Assembly (NCBI GenBank): GCA_038231275.1
Contig: JBBRLQ010000035.1
Span: 1 to 64,000 of the forward strand
Length of the DNA stretch: 64,000 nt
Origin: Polyangiales bacterium
Lineage (GTDB): Bacteria; Myxococcota_A; Polyangia; Polyangiales; Polyangiaceae
Direction: 5' to 3'
Within the stretch, counting starts at the first letter, position 1. Each line of letters begins with the position of its first letter. Below, one piece after another: positions 30,558 through 39,630 of this stretch. Made by a program: the position numbers and the translations under genes. The notes under the pieces were generated by a model. It saw only the letters and a list, made by a program, of their open reading frames with translations. It was not told the DNA's origin and did not search any database.

Positions 30558-32114
30558 ATGCGTCACCTTGGCTTTTCTTCCAGTGTTCTCGTCACGCTCT
30601 CGGCTCTCGCGGCGTTCGCCGTCGTCACAACGGCCCCCGCGGACGCGCAGGCGTGTGGTGGGTGCTTTCACGAGCCTCCGCCCAACCCGACCGAGGCCAC
30701 CGTCGTGACCGACCATCGAATGGCCTTCGCGCTGTCGCAGCGTCAGACCGTCCTCTGGGATCAGGTCAAATACGCCGGCAATCCGAGCGAGTTCGTGTGG
30801 GTGCTGCCTGTCCACCCCGGCACGCGCATCGAGCTCTCGCACGATCAGTGGCTCGCCGCGCTCGACGCGAGCACGCAGCCGATCATCAAGGAGCCGCCTC
30901 CTCCGACGTACACGGGCGGCTACGGCAACGACTACGGTGGGGGCGGCGGGTGCGGATGCATGATGAACAGCGCTTCGTCGGAGTCGCTCAGCGGGGCCAA
31001 CGGGGTGGGCGACGCCGCCGCCGCGCCGCCGCCGGTCGACGTCGTGTCGCAGCAGGTCGTCGGTCCGTACGAGACGGTGACGCTTCGCTCGACCGATCCC
31101 AAGGCGCTCGAGAGTTGGCTCCTCGGCCACGGGTACGACATCCCCACGAGCGTCCAGCCGATCATCGACGCGTACACCGGCGAGGGCTTCGACTTCATCG
31201 CGCTCCGCCTCCGCCCCGGCCAAGGTGTGCGCGCGATGCAGCCCGTGCGAATCGTCAGCCCCGGCGCCGATCCGTCGCTCCCGCTCCGCATGGTCGCCGC
31301 CGGCGTCGGGCAGAACGTCGGCCTCACGCTCTACGTCATCGGCGAGGGCCGGTACGAAGCGCAGAATTTCCCCAACGCCGTGCTCGACGACACGAAGCTC
31401 GTCTGGAACTACGGACAGAGCCGCTCGAACTACCAAGAGCTCGTGACCGGACTCATGGCGGACAACGCAGGGCGCACGTGGGTCACCGAGTACTCGAAGC
31501 GACCGGGCGTCTTCGTGACCGGCGGGAATTTCCAGGGCGGTACGCCGAACCCCCAGCCCGTCAACGCGTCCGGCAACCCGTCGCTCGCGAACGCGTACTT
31601 CGCCGGATGCGGCTCGTACGTTCCTCCGTTCACGTTCCAGGACGCCGACGGCGGCGGAGGCCTCGACGGCTCGAGTGACGGCGCGTCCAACGACGGATCG
31701 GCGGACGCATCCTCCGATGCGCCGAGCGATGGCGCGACGGACGCGAGCGGTGGGCACGACGCGGGCACGGACTCCGGCATCATCGGCGAGCCCGACGGCG
31801 GCGCGTGCGTCGGCGCGTGCTGCGACTTCGACGATCTCAACCTCGCGATGACCGGCCTCAGCTCGCGGGACGTCGTCGTGACCCGCCTCCGTGCGTACCT
31901 GCCCGTCGACGCGCTGAAGATCGGCGACCTCCGCCTCATCGCGTCGGCAACCCAGAGCAACGTCGAGAACGTGCATGTCGCGAAGTCGCCCAACTCGCCG
32001 ACGCCGACGGGAGCAGGCGTCGCGCCGATCCAGCCGTCCAAGACGGGCACCGTCATCACGCTCGGCGCCGCCCTCTTCGCGGTCGCGAGCATGCTCCGTC
32101 GCAAGCGCCGCTGA
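30558..32114 (+). CDS. DUF2330-like secreted protein with a C-terminal TM + basic tail
   Basis: Signal peptide ending AQA-CGGCF; EFVWVLPV, VGPYETVTL, LPLRM, VTRL; ends in TM-RRKRR; GGAGG RBS. Confidence 0.85.
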   Translation: MRHLGFSSSVLVTLSALAAFAVVTTAPADAQACGGCFHEPPPNPTEATVVTDHRMAFALSQRQTVLWDQVKYAGNPSEFVWVLPVHPGTRIELSHDQWLAALDASTQPIIKEPPPPTYTGGYGNDYGGGGGCGCMMNSASSESLSGANGVGDAAAAPPPVDVVSQQVVGPYETVTLRSTDPKALESWLLGHGYDIPTSVQPIIDAYTGEGFDFIALRLRPGQGVRAMQPVRIVSPGADPSLPLRMVAAGVGQNVGLTLYVIGEGRYEAQNFPNAVLDDTKLVWNYGQSRSNYQELVTGLMADNAGRTWVTEYSKRPGVFVTGGNFQGGTPNPQPVNASGNPSLANAYFAGCGSYVPPFTFQDADGGGGLDGSSDGASNDGSADASSDAPSDGATDASGGHDAGTDSGIIGEPDGGACVGACCDFDDLNLAMTGLSSRDVVVTRLRAYLPVDALKIGDLRLIASATQSNVENVHVAKSPNSPTPTGAGVAPIQPSKTGTVITLGAALFAVASMLRRKRR

Positions 32115-32122
32115 AACGACGA

Positions 32123-32163
32123 CGCCCCCCTCCCGACGAACGGGAGAGGGGCGCGGTTTTTTT
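32123..32163 (+). terminator. Rho-independent terminator between convergent genes
   Basis: CGCCCCCCTCCCG-ACGAA-CGGGAGAGGGGCG stem-loop, then a T7 tract. Confidence 0.8.
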
Positions 32164-32177
32164 CCTGCGATGAAGAG

Positions 32178-33341
32178 CTACTTCTTCGGGTCGGCCTTCT
32201 GCGTCGTCTTCGGGTCGGCCTTCGGCGTCGCCTTCGGGTCGGCCTTCGGCGTCGCCTTCGCGGCGCCCGGCGCGGTCGGCGGCTTCATCAGGCCGAACTG
32301 CATCAGCAGCTCGACGCCGTTGCCGTAGCTCCAGCCCTTGACGATCTTGCCGTCCTTCATCTGCGCGATGTCGACGCCGTGCAGCGTGACGGGCTTCTTC
32401 GTCTGCGACGTGAGCCCCATGAGCGCGCCCTTCGGCGTGCCGGTGATCGTGTACTCGGCGATCGCGAAGTCTTCGACGCCCCAGACGTTCGACTGCGGCG
32501 ACTTCAGATCGGGGAACGCCGTCATGAAGGCCTTCCAGTACTTCACCGTCTCGGCTTTGCCCTTGGAGGGCGCCGGCGCCATGAAGTCGTCCCACACGAC
32601 GTCGTCGGTGACCATCTCGCCCATCGCCTTGTCGTCCTTCTTCTCGAAGGCGGCGTAGCCGGACTTCATCGCGTCGACTTCCTTGTCCTCGGCAGCGTCC
32701 GACTTCGCCCAATGCCACTCGATGCTGGTCGGCAGCGCCGGGATCGCGCGGGCCTTCGCCTTGGAGACGCCGATCTGCGCGAGCATCGTGCCCACGTCCA
32801 TGTAGCGGTGCTCTTCCTTGATCTTGCCGTCGCCGTTGACCCACAAGATGCTGAGGCCCATGTAACCGACCGGCTTCTCGGTCGCTTTGATGCCCATCAG
32901 GTCGCCCGAGTGCGTGGCGTTGTCGACCCACTCGCACACCATCACGTCGCCCTTCGCCCAGACGCGCGCGATGCCCATCTTGACGTTCGGGAACGCGTCG
33001 AAGAACTTCTTCGACTCGGCGGTGATCACTTCTTTGCCCTTCATCGGCTCGGGCGCGCCGGCCATCACGACGGTCGCGTCGTCAGCGTAGGCGGACGCGA
33101 GCTTCGCGGCGTCGTGGCCGTTGATGCCGTCCGAAACGGTGCCAAGGAGGGCCTTCGCCGCGTCTTGCGGAGACGCCTTCGCCGGCATGGTGTCCGCGGG
33201 CGGAGTCGGCATGTCCGCGACCGGAGCGGAGGGCGTCACGGCCGGCGCCGGCGGCGCTTCGACCGGCTTCTGAGTTTCTGCACCGCCGCCACACGCGGCC
33301 ACGAGAACACCAAGAACGAGACTTCCAACAATCGTACGCAT
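32178..33341 (-). CDS. Lipoprotein with two SnoaL-like (ester cyclase/NTF2) domains
   Basis: Lipobox VAAC; two AFP[N/D]...THSG/GTPKG...DGKI domains; GAGGAGG RBS. Confidence 0.88.
   Translation of the reverse strand: MRTIVGSLVLGVLVAACGGGAETQKPVEAPPAPAVTPSAPVADMPTPPADTMPAKASPQDAAKALLGTVSDGINGHDAAKLASAYADDATVVMAGAPEPMKGKEVITAESKKFFDAFPNVKMGIARVWAKGDVMVCEWVDNATHSGDLMGIKATEKPVGYMGLSILWVNGDGKIKEEHRYMDVGTMLAQIGVSKAKARAIPALPTSIEWHWAKSDAAEDKEVDAMKSGYAAFEKKDDKAMGEMVTDDVVWDDFMAPAPSKGKAETVKYWKAFMTAFPDLKSPQSNVWGVEDFAIAEYTITGTPKGALMGLTSQTKKPVTLHGVDIAQMKDGKIVKGWSYGNGVELLMQFGLMKPPTAPGAAKATPKADPKATPKADPKTTQKADPKK
32187..32260 (-). repeat. 12/24-bp coding repeat encoding KATPKADP
   Basis: GGGTCGGCCTTCGGCGTCGCCTTC units in tandem. 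Confidence 0.8.
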
Positions 33342-33432
33342 GGCTTCAATCCTCCTCATTCGTGACACACACGCGAAGGGCCTGACCGCGCCCTCCTCCT
33401 CTTTTTTTGCTTCTTTTCTGCATTCGCCGTCT

Positions 33433-34518
33433 TCATTTCTTCGGCGCCGCCGCGGGGGTCGCCTTTGGCGCGGGGGCGATCTGCGTCGCGAGCTCGCGCC
33501 CGTCGCCGTAGCTCCACCCGTGCGCGACCTTGCCGTCCTTCATCTGCACGACATCCGCCGCGTGGAGCACGATCGCCTTCTTCGAGGCCTTGTGCGTGGC
33601 GCGGATGGTGTGCTCGCTGACGACGTAGTCTTCGATTCCCCAGACGCCTTGCGCTTCGACCTTCGCGTCGGGGAGCTGCGTCGTGAACTCCTTCAGCCAT
33701 TTGCGCGCGTCGCTCTGGCCGCGCATGCCGAGGGGCTGGGTCATGTCGTCGTACGCCACGTCGTCTTGGTGCACCGCGATGTAGTCCACCTCGTTCTTGT
33801 CGCCGATCGCCGCGAGCGCGCGCTTCCAGGTCGCCTCGTCGCGCTCTTCGCTCGCCGCGCCGGCCGCGGTCTTCCACTCGGGAGACGACGACAGGACCGG
33901 GATCGCGCGGACCTTCGCCTTCGACGCGCCGATCTGCGAGAGGATCGTCGCGTCGTCGGCGTAGCGGTGCGCCTCTTTCACGAGGCCGCTGTCGGGATCG
34001 AAGGTGAGGATCGTGAGGCCGTTCAGGCCGACCGGCTTTTCGGTGGCCTTCACGCCGAGGAAATCGCCGGAGTGCGTGCCGGTCATCGCCCACTCGACGG
34101 CGACGGTGTCCCCCTTCACGAGCACGCGGGTCGGCGCGATCTTGAGGCTCGAGATCGCGTCGAAGAGGCGCTGAACGCCGGCGGCGATTTCCAGTCGGCC
34201 CTTGCGGGGCTCGGCCCCGGGGAGGACGAGCGCGCCGTCCACCACGAAGAGACCGGCGAAGCGCTTCGCGTCGTGTTGGTTGAGCGCCTCGAAGTACGCG
34301 GGGAGGCTCTGCTTCGCGGCCTCCGCGGTCGTCATCTTGGGGACCGGCGTGGCCTCCGCAGTGGAGACGGGGTTGGGCGGCGGCGGCGCGGGAAGGGGCA
34401 GGTTGCTCGGCCGCGTCGGCACGGCCGCGGGCGCCGGAGGTTCTCCTCCGCACGCGGAGACCTGCGCCGCGAGCGCGAGAGCGAGAGCGAGCATGTGCAG
34501 CGGCCGATCGAGACGCAT
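33433..34518 (-). CDS. Second double-SnoaL lipoprotein (tandem paralog)
   Basis: Lipobox VSAC; shares THSGD..G.KATEKPVG, QIG.SKAK.RAIP.L and VQMKDGK...GWSYG with its neighbour. Confidence 0.88.
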   Translation of the reverse strand: MRLDRPLHMLALALALAAQVSACGGEPPAPAAVPTRPSNLPLPAPPPPNPVSTAEATPVPKMTTAEAAKQSLPAYFEALNQHDAKRFAGLFVVDGALVLPGAEPRKGRLEIAAGVQRLFDAISSLKIAPTRVLVKGDTVAVEWAMTGTHSGDFLGVKATEKPVGLNGLTILTFDPDSGLVKEAHRYADDATILSQIGASKAKVRAIPVLSSSPEWKTAAGAASEERDEATWKRALAAIGDKNEVDYIAVHQDDVAYDDMTQPLGMRGQSDARKWLKEFTTQLPDAKVEAQGVWGIEDYVVSEHTIRATHKASKKAIVLHAADVVQMKDGKVAHGWSYGDGRELATQIAPAPKATPAAAPKK

Positions 34519-34612
34519 CGAAGGGGGCCCCCTTGCCCCGGACGGCGTCAAATCGCCCCTTTGCGGCCTCACGTCAAGGCCCGAAGTCCGCGCGTCGTGG
34601 TATGCGTTCGGC

Positions 34613-35557
34613 GTGCGCGCGAGACCTCTCGGGAAAACGGGGCTCGTCGTGTCCGAGCTGGCGCTGGGAACCTGGGGCCTCTCCGGAGACGGCTACGCCA
34701 AAGTAGAGCCAGAGGCCGCGGAGAAGCTCGTTCGCCGCGCGCTCGACATCGGCGTCACGCTGATCGAGACCGCCGACTCGTACGCGGGCGGTCACACCGA
34801 GCTCCTGCTCGGCAAGATCCTCGAGGGCAACAAGGACGTCTTCGTGTCCACGCGCGTCGGCACCGACTGCACGAGCACACCGCCGCGCAAGCGCTTCGAG
34901 CCGGAGTATCTGCGTGCGTCGGTCGAAAAGTCGCTGAAGCGCCTGCGCCGCGAGCGAATCGATCTCTACATGCTCCACAACCCGAGCCTCGAGTGCGTGT
35001 CGCTCGGCGAGGCGACGGGGACGATGGCGGCGCTCGTGAAGGAGGGCAAGGTTGCCCACTGGGGCGTGTCCGCCGGCGATTTCGAGATCGCGAACGCGTC
35101 GCTCGACAAGGGCGCCGAGGTCCTCGAGCTCGCGTACAACCTGCTCCACTCGATCGATCTGCACCGCGCATCGGGCGACATCATGGTCGCGAGGGCCGGC
35201 GTGCTCGCGCGCTCGGTGCTCAACTACGGGATGCTCGCCGGCATGTGGAGCAAAGAGAAGGAGTTCCCGACCGGGGATCATCGCGCCGATCGCTGGACGC
35301 GCCTCGAATTCGAGAAGCGCCTCGAGCACCTCGACGCCGTTCGCTTCCTCGTGAAGGCCGACGTGCTCACGCTCCGTGCGGCGGCGGTGCGCTTCGTGCT
35401 GTCGAGCCACCTCGTGACGAGCGCCGTGCTCGGACCGCGCACCGTCGAGCAGCTCGAGCAGCTCGTGCGCGAGACCGGCGGCGGGCCGCGCTACCTCTCC
35501 GACGACGATCTCGCTGCACTCCCGCGCTTCCTCGCCAAGGTGGGGATCGCGACGTGA
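34613..35557 (+). CDS. Aldo/keto reductase
   Basis: LGKTGLVVSELALGTWG, ETADSY, SLKRL...IDLYMLH, YNLL. Confidence 0.92.
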   Translation: MRARPLGKTGLVVSELALGTWGLSGDGYAKVEPEAAEKLVRRALDIGVTLIETADSYAGGHTELLLGKILEGNKDVFVSTRVGTDCTSTPPRKRFEPEYLRASVEKSLKRLRRERIDLYMLHNPSLECVSLGEATGTMAALVKEGKVAHWGVSAGDFEIANASLDKGAEVLELAYNLLHSIDLHRASGDIMVARAGVLARSVLNYGMLAGMWSKEKEFPTGDHRADRWTRLEFEKRLEHLDAVRFLVKADVLTLRAAAVRFVLSSHLVTSAVLGPRTVEQLEQLVRETGGGPRYLSDDDLAALPRFLAKVGIAT

Positions 35558-36387
35558 CGAAGGTGGCCGGCACCGCCTACGCGCGCGCCGACGTCCTCAC
35601 GCGCGCCCTGGCGATCGCCGCCGAGGCGAGCGTCATCGTGATGGACGTGTACACGGGCGGCGGCGCGTTCGACGTCGAGTACAAGGGCAAGAACGATCCC
35701 GTCACGCGCGCCGACAAGCTCGCCAACCTCCACATCACGCGCGCGCTCGCCGAGGCGTTCCCTGGCGTGCCGATCGTCGCGGAGGAGAGCGATCCCGCGG
35801 CGTACGCCGGCTTCGAGGCGGCGCCGAGCGCGTTCTTCGTCGACCCACTCGACGGGACGCGCGAGTTCGTCGCAAAAAATGGGCAATTCGCCGTGATGAT
35901 CGGCCTCGCCGAGGAAGGGCGCGCGACGCTCGGCGTGGTCGCGTGGCCTGCGCTCGGGCGCACGTTCGCGGGGGAAGGAGGACGCGCGTTCGAGGTGACG
36001 GCCGGCGTGACGCGCGAGGTGCGTGTGTCCGTGACCGCTGCGCTCGCGCAGGCGCGCGTGGTCGTCTCGCGCTCGCATCGCGCCGAGAGGACGGGCGAGC
36101 TCCTCGCGCAGCTCGGCGCGGCGAAGGTCGATCAAGTAGGCAGCGCGGGAGTGAAAGGGACGCTCGTCGCGTGCGGCGAGGCCGACGTCTACCTCCACCC
36201 AGGCGTCGCCGGCAAGCGCTGGGACTCCTGCGCGCCAGAGGCGATCGTCCGCGCCGCCGGGGGCGAGGTCACCGACGCGCTCGGGGTCCCCTTCGACTAC
36301 CGCACCGCCTCACTGGTGAACGCCGACGGAATGCTCGCGACGAACGGCCTCCTCCACGCCGCCGTCCTCGCGCGCACGACGGCCTGA
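35554..36387 (+). CDS. cysQ: 3'(2'),5'-bisphosphate nucleotidase, CysQ/inositol monophosphatase family
   Basis: DPVTRAD, AEE, VDPLDGTREFV, SRSH, WDSCA; GTGA overlap with the AKR gene. Confidence 0.88.
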   Translation: MTKVAGTAYARADVLTRALAIAAEASVIVMDVYTGGGAFDVEYKGKNDPVTRADKLANLHITRALAEAFPGVPIVAEESDPAAYAGFEAAPSAFFVDPLDGTREFVAKNGQFAVMIGLAEEGRATLGVVAWPALGRTFAGEGGRAFEVTAGVTREVRVSVTAALAQARVVVSRSHRAERTGELLAQLGAAKVDQVGSAGVKGTLVACGEADVYLHPGVAGKRWDSCAPEAIVRAAGGEVTDALGVPFDYRTASLVNADGMLATNGLLHAAVLARTTA

Positions 36388-36403
36388 CGTCTCGCTTCCC
36401 CCG

Positions 36404-38299
36404 CTACGGTCCTCGCGGAGTCAGGCCGAACGCGGCGTTGACGCGATCGACCATCGGACGGCACCACGGGTCCACCGACGGCGTGGCCTCGGAGGGGTGG
36501 CGCGCGAGATCGAAGCACGTGAAGGTGTTGAACCCTCCCCCCGGCGGCCCCACGACCTTGCGCTCGCCCTGCATCGCGCCGACGAGCGGAATGTCCGGCT
36601 CCCACACGGCGGACGTCGTCCCCATGAGCGCGAACGGCTCCTCCGCGGCGCGTGCACGGACCAGCGATCGGGCGCTCGGATCGACGAACGGCAACGCGGC
36701 GCGATCCACAGCGAGGAGATCGGTGATCGTCGCGTGAATGTCCTGGAGGAAGGTGCGCGTGCCGGCGTACGCCGTGAGCGACGCGCGCTCGGCGTCGTCG
36801 AGCGCGTGAGGCCCGGCGACGAGCCAGCCCGGCACCCGGATCTCCTGCTCGAAGAGCGAGTGGTTGTGGTAGACGGCGCCGTGCTCGCGGAACTGCTCCC
36901 CGTGATCGGAGAGCACGACGACCACCGTGTCGTCCCAGCTCGGGAGCGTCCGCAGCTCACGCAGCATGCCGGCGATGGTGCGCTCCTGGAGCAGAACCGC
37001 GTTTTTGTACCGGTTGTGGAACTGCGTCGGATCTCCCATCGGATCGTCGGAGTCGGGCGAGAAGGGCCGCAGCCCCGCGTCGGTGCGGTACGGCGCATGC
37101 GTGTTCGACAGGTGCACGACGGCGAAATACGGAGACGCGCCCGCCTCGCGCGCGAACCGTAGTCCGTCCGCCGTCGCGCGCTCGTCCGGCGCGCCCAGGT
37201 GCTCCTGCTCGATGCCGCCGAGGTCCGCGCCGGTGACGAGGTGATCGATCCCCGCGCGCTGTACGAACGCAGAGAAATTCTCGTAGCTCGCGTTCTGCGA
37301 CGTCACGTACGCCGTACGGTACCCGGCCGCGCGCGCCACCTCCCACAGCACCGGCGCGGTGTGCGCGGTCTTGAAGTCGGTCGCCGGAGAGAGGCCCGTC
37401 CACAGGATCATGCACGCGGTGAACGTGTTGGGGGCCTGCGTCGTCAACCGCCCCAGCGGGATGCGATCGACGGCGCCGTCGTCGAGGAATCGCGAGACGC
37501 ACGTGGGCGGCGGAAAGGAACACATCGCGTCGGAGCGCACGCTCTCCGTGAGGAGCACGATCACGTTTCGTGGCCGCTCGCGCAGGGAAGCGAGCTTCGG
37601 CAGCGTCACAGGAGTGCGCACGGCCATCCCCTGACGCGCGCGAACGTCGCCGGTCAGCAGCGCCTCGAACGCGTGCGCGGCGCCGTGCGCGAAGCAGACG
37701 TCCGGCGTCGACGCCTGCAAAAAACGGCTGTCGACGCCCTCGAAGAGCACGCACCCGACGGCCGCGAGGTACGTGACGACCGCGAGGACCGGCGGATACC
37801 CCTTCGCGACCGGCGAGACGCGCCGCGCGATCGCGACGAGACCGGCGGTGAGAAGCGCGCCCAAGGCGACGACCATCCCGAAGCGCGCCGGGCTCCCCCA
37901 CGACACGAGCCACCCGCCGACGGTCCCGCGCAGCGCGATGCCGAGGCGCACCGTGTCGCGACCGACGTAGCCGTGGAAGACGAGGTAGTAGAGCGCCTGC
38001 CCGCCGTACGCGAACGTCGTCACCGGAAGCACGACGATCGCGAAGACGGCGACGACGAGCCGCGGGCGCGTCGACCACAATCGAGCGGCGAGCCACATCG
38101 GCAGGAACCAAAGAGCCGCGCCTACCAGCAGCGAGCTGAAGTAAATCGCCTTCCCCGCCGGCCGAAATCCCCAGAGGAGCGATCCGCGCAGAACCACGTC
38201 GAGCGCGAACGCCACCGCCGTCGGCGCCAGCAGCGGCAGGAGCGCGCGCGGCTCGGCGCCAATGAGCGCACGCCTCACGCGCGCGAAGCGAGATTCCAC
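36404..38299 (-). CDS. Membrane-anchored sulfatase-superfamily transferase (LtaS/EptA-like)
   Basis: About 5 N-terminal TM helices; LLTESVR, APNT (Thr nucleophile position), HAPY, SDHGE. Start set at GTG 38299. Confidence 0.8.
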   Translation of the reverse strand: MESRFARVRRALIGAEPRALLPLLAPTAVAFALDVVLRGSLLWGFRPAGKAIYFSSLLVGAALWFLPMWLAARLWSTRPRLVVAVFAIVVLPVTTFAYGGQALYYLVFHGYVGRDTVRLGIALRGTVGGWLVSWGSPARFGMVVALGALLTAGLVAIARRVSPVAKGYPPVLAVVTYLAAVGCVLFEGVDSRFLQASTPDVCFAHGAAHAFEALLTGDVRARQGMAVRTPVTLPKLASLRERPRNVIVLLTESVRSDAMCSFPPPTCVSRFLDDGAVDRIPLGRLTTQAPNTFTACMILWTGLSPATDFKTAHTAPVLWEVARAAGYRTAYVTSQNASYENFSAFVQRAGIDHLVTGADLGGIEQEHLGAPDERATADGLRFAREAGASPYFAVVHLSNTHAPYRTDAGLRPFSPDSDDPMGDPTQFHNRYKNAVLLQERTIAGMLRELRTLPSWDDTVVVVLSDHGEQFREHGAVYHNHSLFEQEIRVPGWLVAGPHALDDAERASLTAYAGTRTFLQDIHATITDLLAVDRAALPFVDPSARSLVRARAAEEPFALMGTTSAVWEPDIPLVGAMQGERKVVGPPGGGFNTFTCFDLARHPSEATPSVDPWCRPMVDRVNAAFGLTPRGP

Positions 38300-38327
38300 G
38301 GCGCGGAGGTTAGCGTAAGCTACGTGC

Positions 38328-39497
38328 GTGCGCGACCACGCGGAGATCGTCGTCATCGGCGCCGGCATCATGGGCCTGTCGATCGCCTACCACCTCGCGC
38401 GGCGAGGCGTGACCGACGTGCTCGTCGTCGATCGCGGCTACTTGTGCGGCGGCGCGAGCGGGCGCAACGGCGGCGGCGTGCGCGCGCAGTGGTCGAGCGA
38501 GGCCAACGTGCGGCTCATGCAGGAGAGCATCCGCATGTGCCGCGAGTTCGCCAGCGAGATGAAGATCAACGTGTGGTTCCGCCAAGGCGGCTACCTCTTC
38601 CTCGTCCGCACAGAGGAGAAGCGCAAATCGCTCGAGGCCAGCGTCACCCTCCAGAACGAGTGCGGCCTCGCGACGCGGATGCTCACGCCGAAGGAGGCGC
38701 AGAAGATCGTTCCGGAGCTCGGCACGGACGGCCTCGTCGCCGCCAGCTACAACGGCGACGATGGCGTCGTCTTTCCATGGCCGTTCGTGTGGGGCTTCGC
38801 GCAAGCGGCGCGCAAGCTCGGCGTCGAGGTCACCACCTTCGCCGACGTCGTGGGATTCGACACGCGCGGCGGCCGCATCGAGGGAGTCCGCATCCAGCGC
38901 GTGAACGAGCCCGCCTCGCCGGTTACGACGATCCGCACGCGCAACGTCGTGAACGCCGCCGGCGCGTGGTCGCCCGAGATCGCCAAGATGCTCGGCGTGG
39001 AGCTGCCGAACAAACCGCACCGCCACGAGATCTGCTCCACGGAGCCGCTCAAGCCGTGGCTCAAGCCGCTCGTCGCCGATCTCACGGATGGCCTTTATTT
39101 CAGCCAATCCACGCGCGGCGAGATCGTCGGCGGCGTGGGGCAGGAGCGCGTGCCGCCGGGGATCGATCAGAACAGCTCGTTCGCGTTCCTCGGCAAGTAC
39201 GCGCGCAGCCTCACGCGCGCGTGCCCGGTGCTCGGCGACGTGAAGGTGCTCCGCCAGTGGGCCGGCTGCTACGATCTCACGCCGGACGCGAACCCGATCA
39301 TCGGCCCTGTCGACGACGTCGAGGGCTTCGTGCAGGCGAGCGGCTTCATGGGCCACGGCTTCATGATGGCCCCCATCGTGGGCAAGCTCATCGCAGAGCA
39401 CATGGTCGATGGTCAGCCGTCGGAGCTCTTCGACAAATGGAACCTGCGCCGCTTCAAAGAAGGCAAGCTCCTCCACGAGGCGATGATCATCGGCTGA
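38328..39497 (+). CDS. FAD-dependent oxidoreductase (sarcosine oxidase beta / proline dehydrogenase beta-like)
   Basis: IGAGIMG, GASGRNGG, RQWAGCYDLTPD..PIIG, GHGFMMAP. Confidence 0.9.
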   Translation: MRDHAEIVVIGAGIMGLSIAYHLARRGVTDVLVVDRGYLCGGASGRNGGGVRAQWSSEANVRLMQESIRMCREFASEMKINVWFRQGGYLFLVRTEEKRKSLEASVTLQNECGLATRMLTPKEAQKIVPELGTDGLVAASYNGDDGVVFPWPFVWGFAQAARKLGVEVTTFADVVGFDTRGGRIEGVRIQRVNEPASPVTTIRTRNVVNAAGAWSPEIAKMLGVELPNKPHRHEICSTEPLKPWLKPLVADLTDGLYFSQSTRGEIVGGVGQERVPPGIDQNSSFAFLGKYARSLTRACPVLGDVKVLRQWAGCYDLTPDANPIIGPVDDVEGFVQASGFMGHGFMMAPIVGKLIAEHMVDGQPSELFDKWNLRRFKEGKLLHEAMIIG

Positions 39498-39600
39498 CGG
39501 CCTCGCGTGATTTCCTTCGGGCTCGCGCGCGCATGCGTGCGGGCGCGACGGCTCGCGAGGGTGGTGCACGGGATCCGCGCGACATCATGAGGAGCGTGAG

Positions 39601-39616
39601 TGGCACGCGATGTGCT
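39601..39616 (+). promoter_or_regulatory. Putative sigma54 promoter
   Basis: TGGCACG-CGAT-GTGCT immediately upstream of ATG 39631. Confidence 0.6.
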
Positions 39617-39630
39617 GGTGAAGAGTGCGT

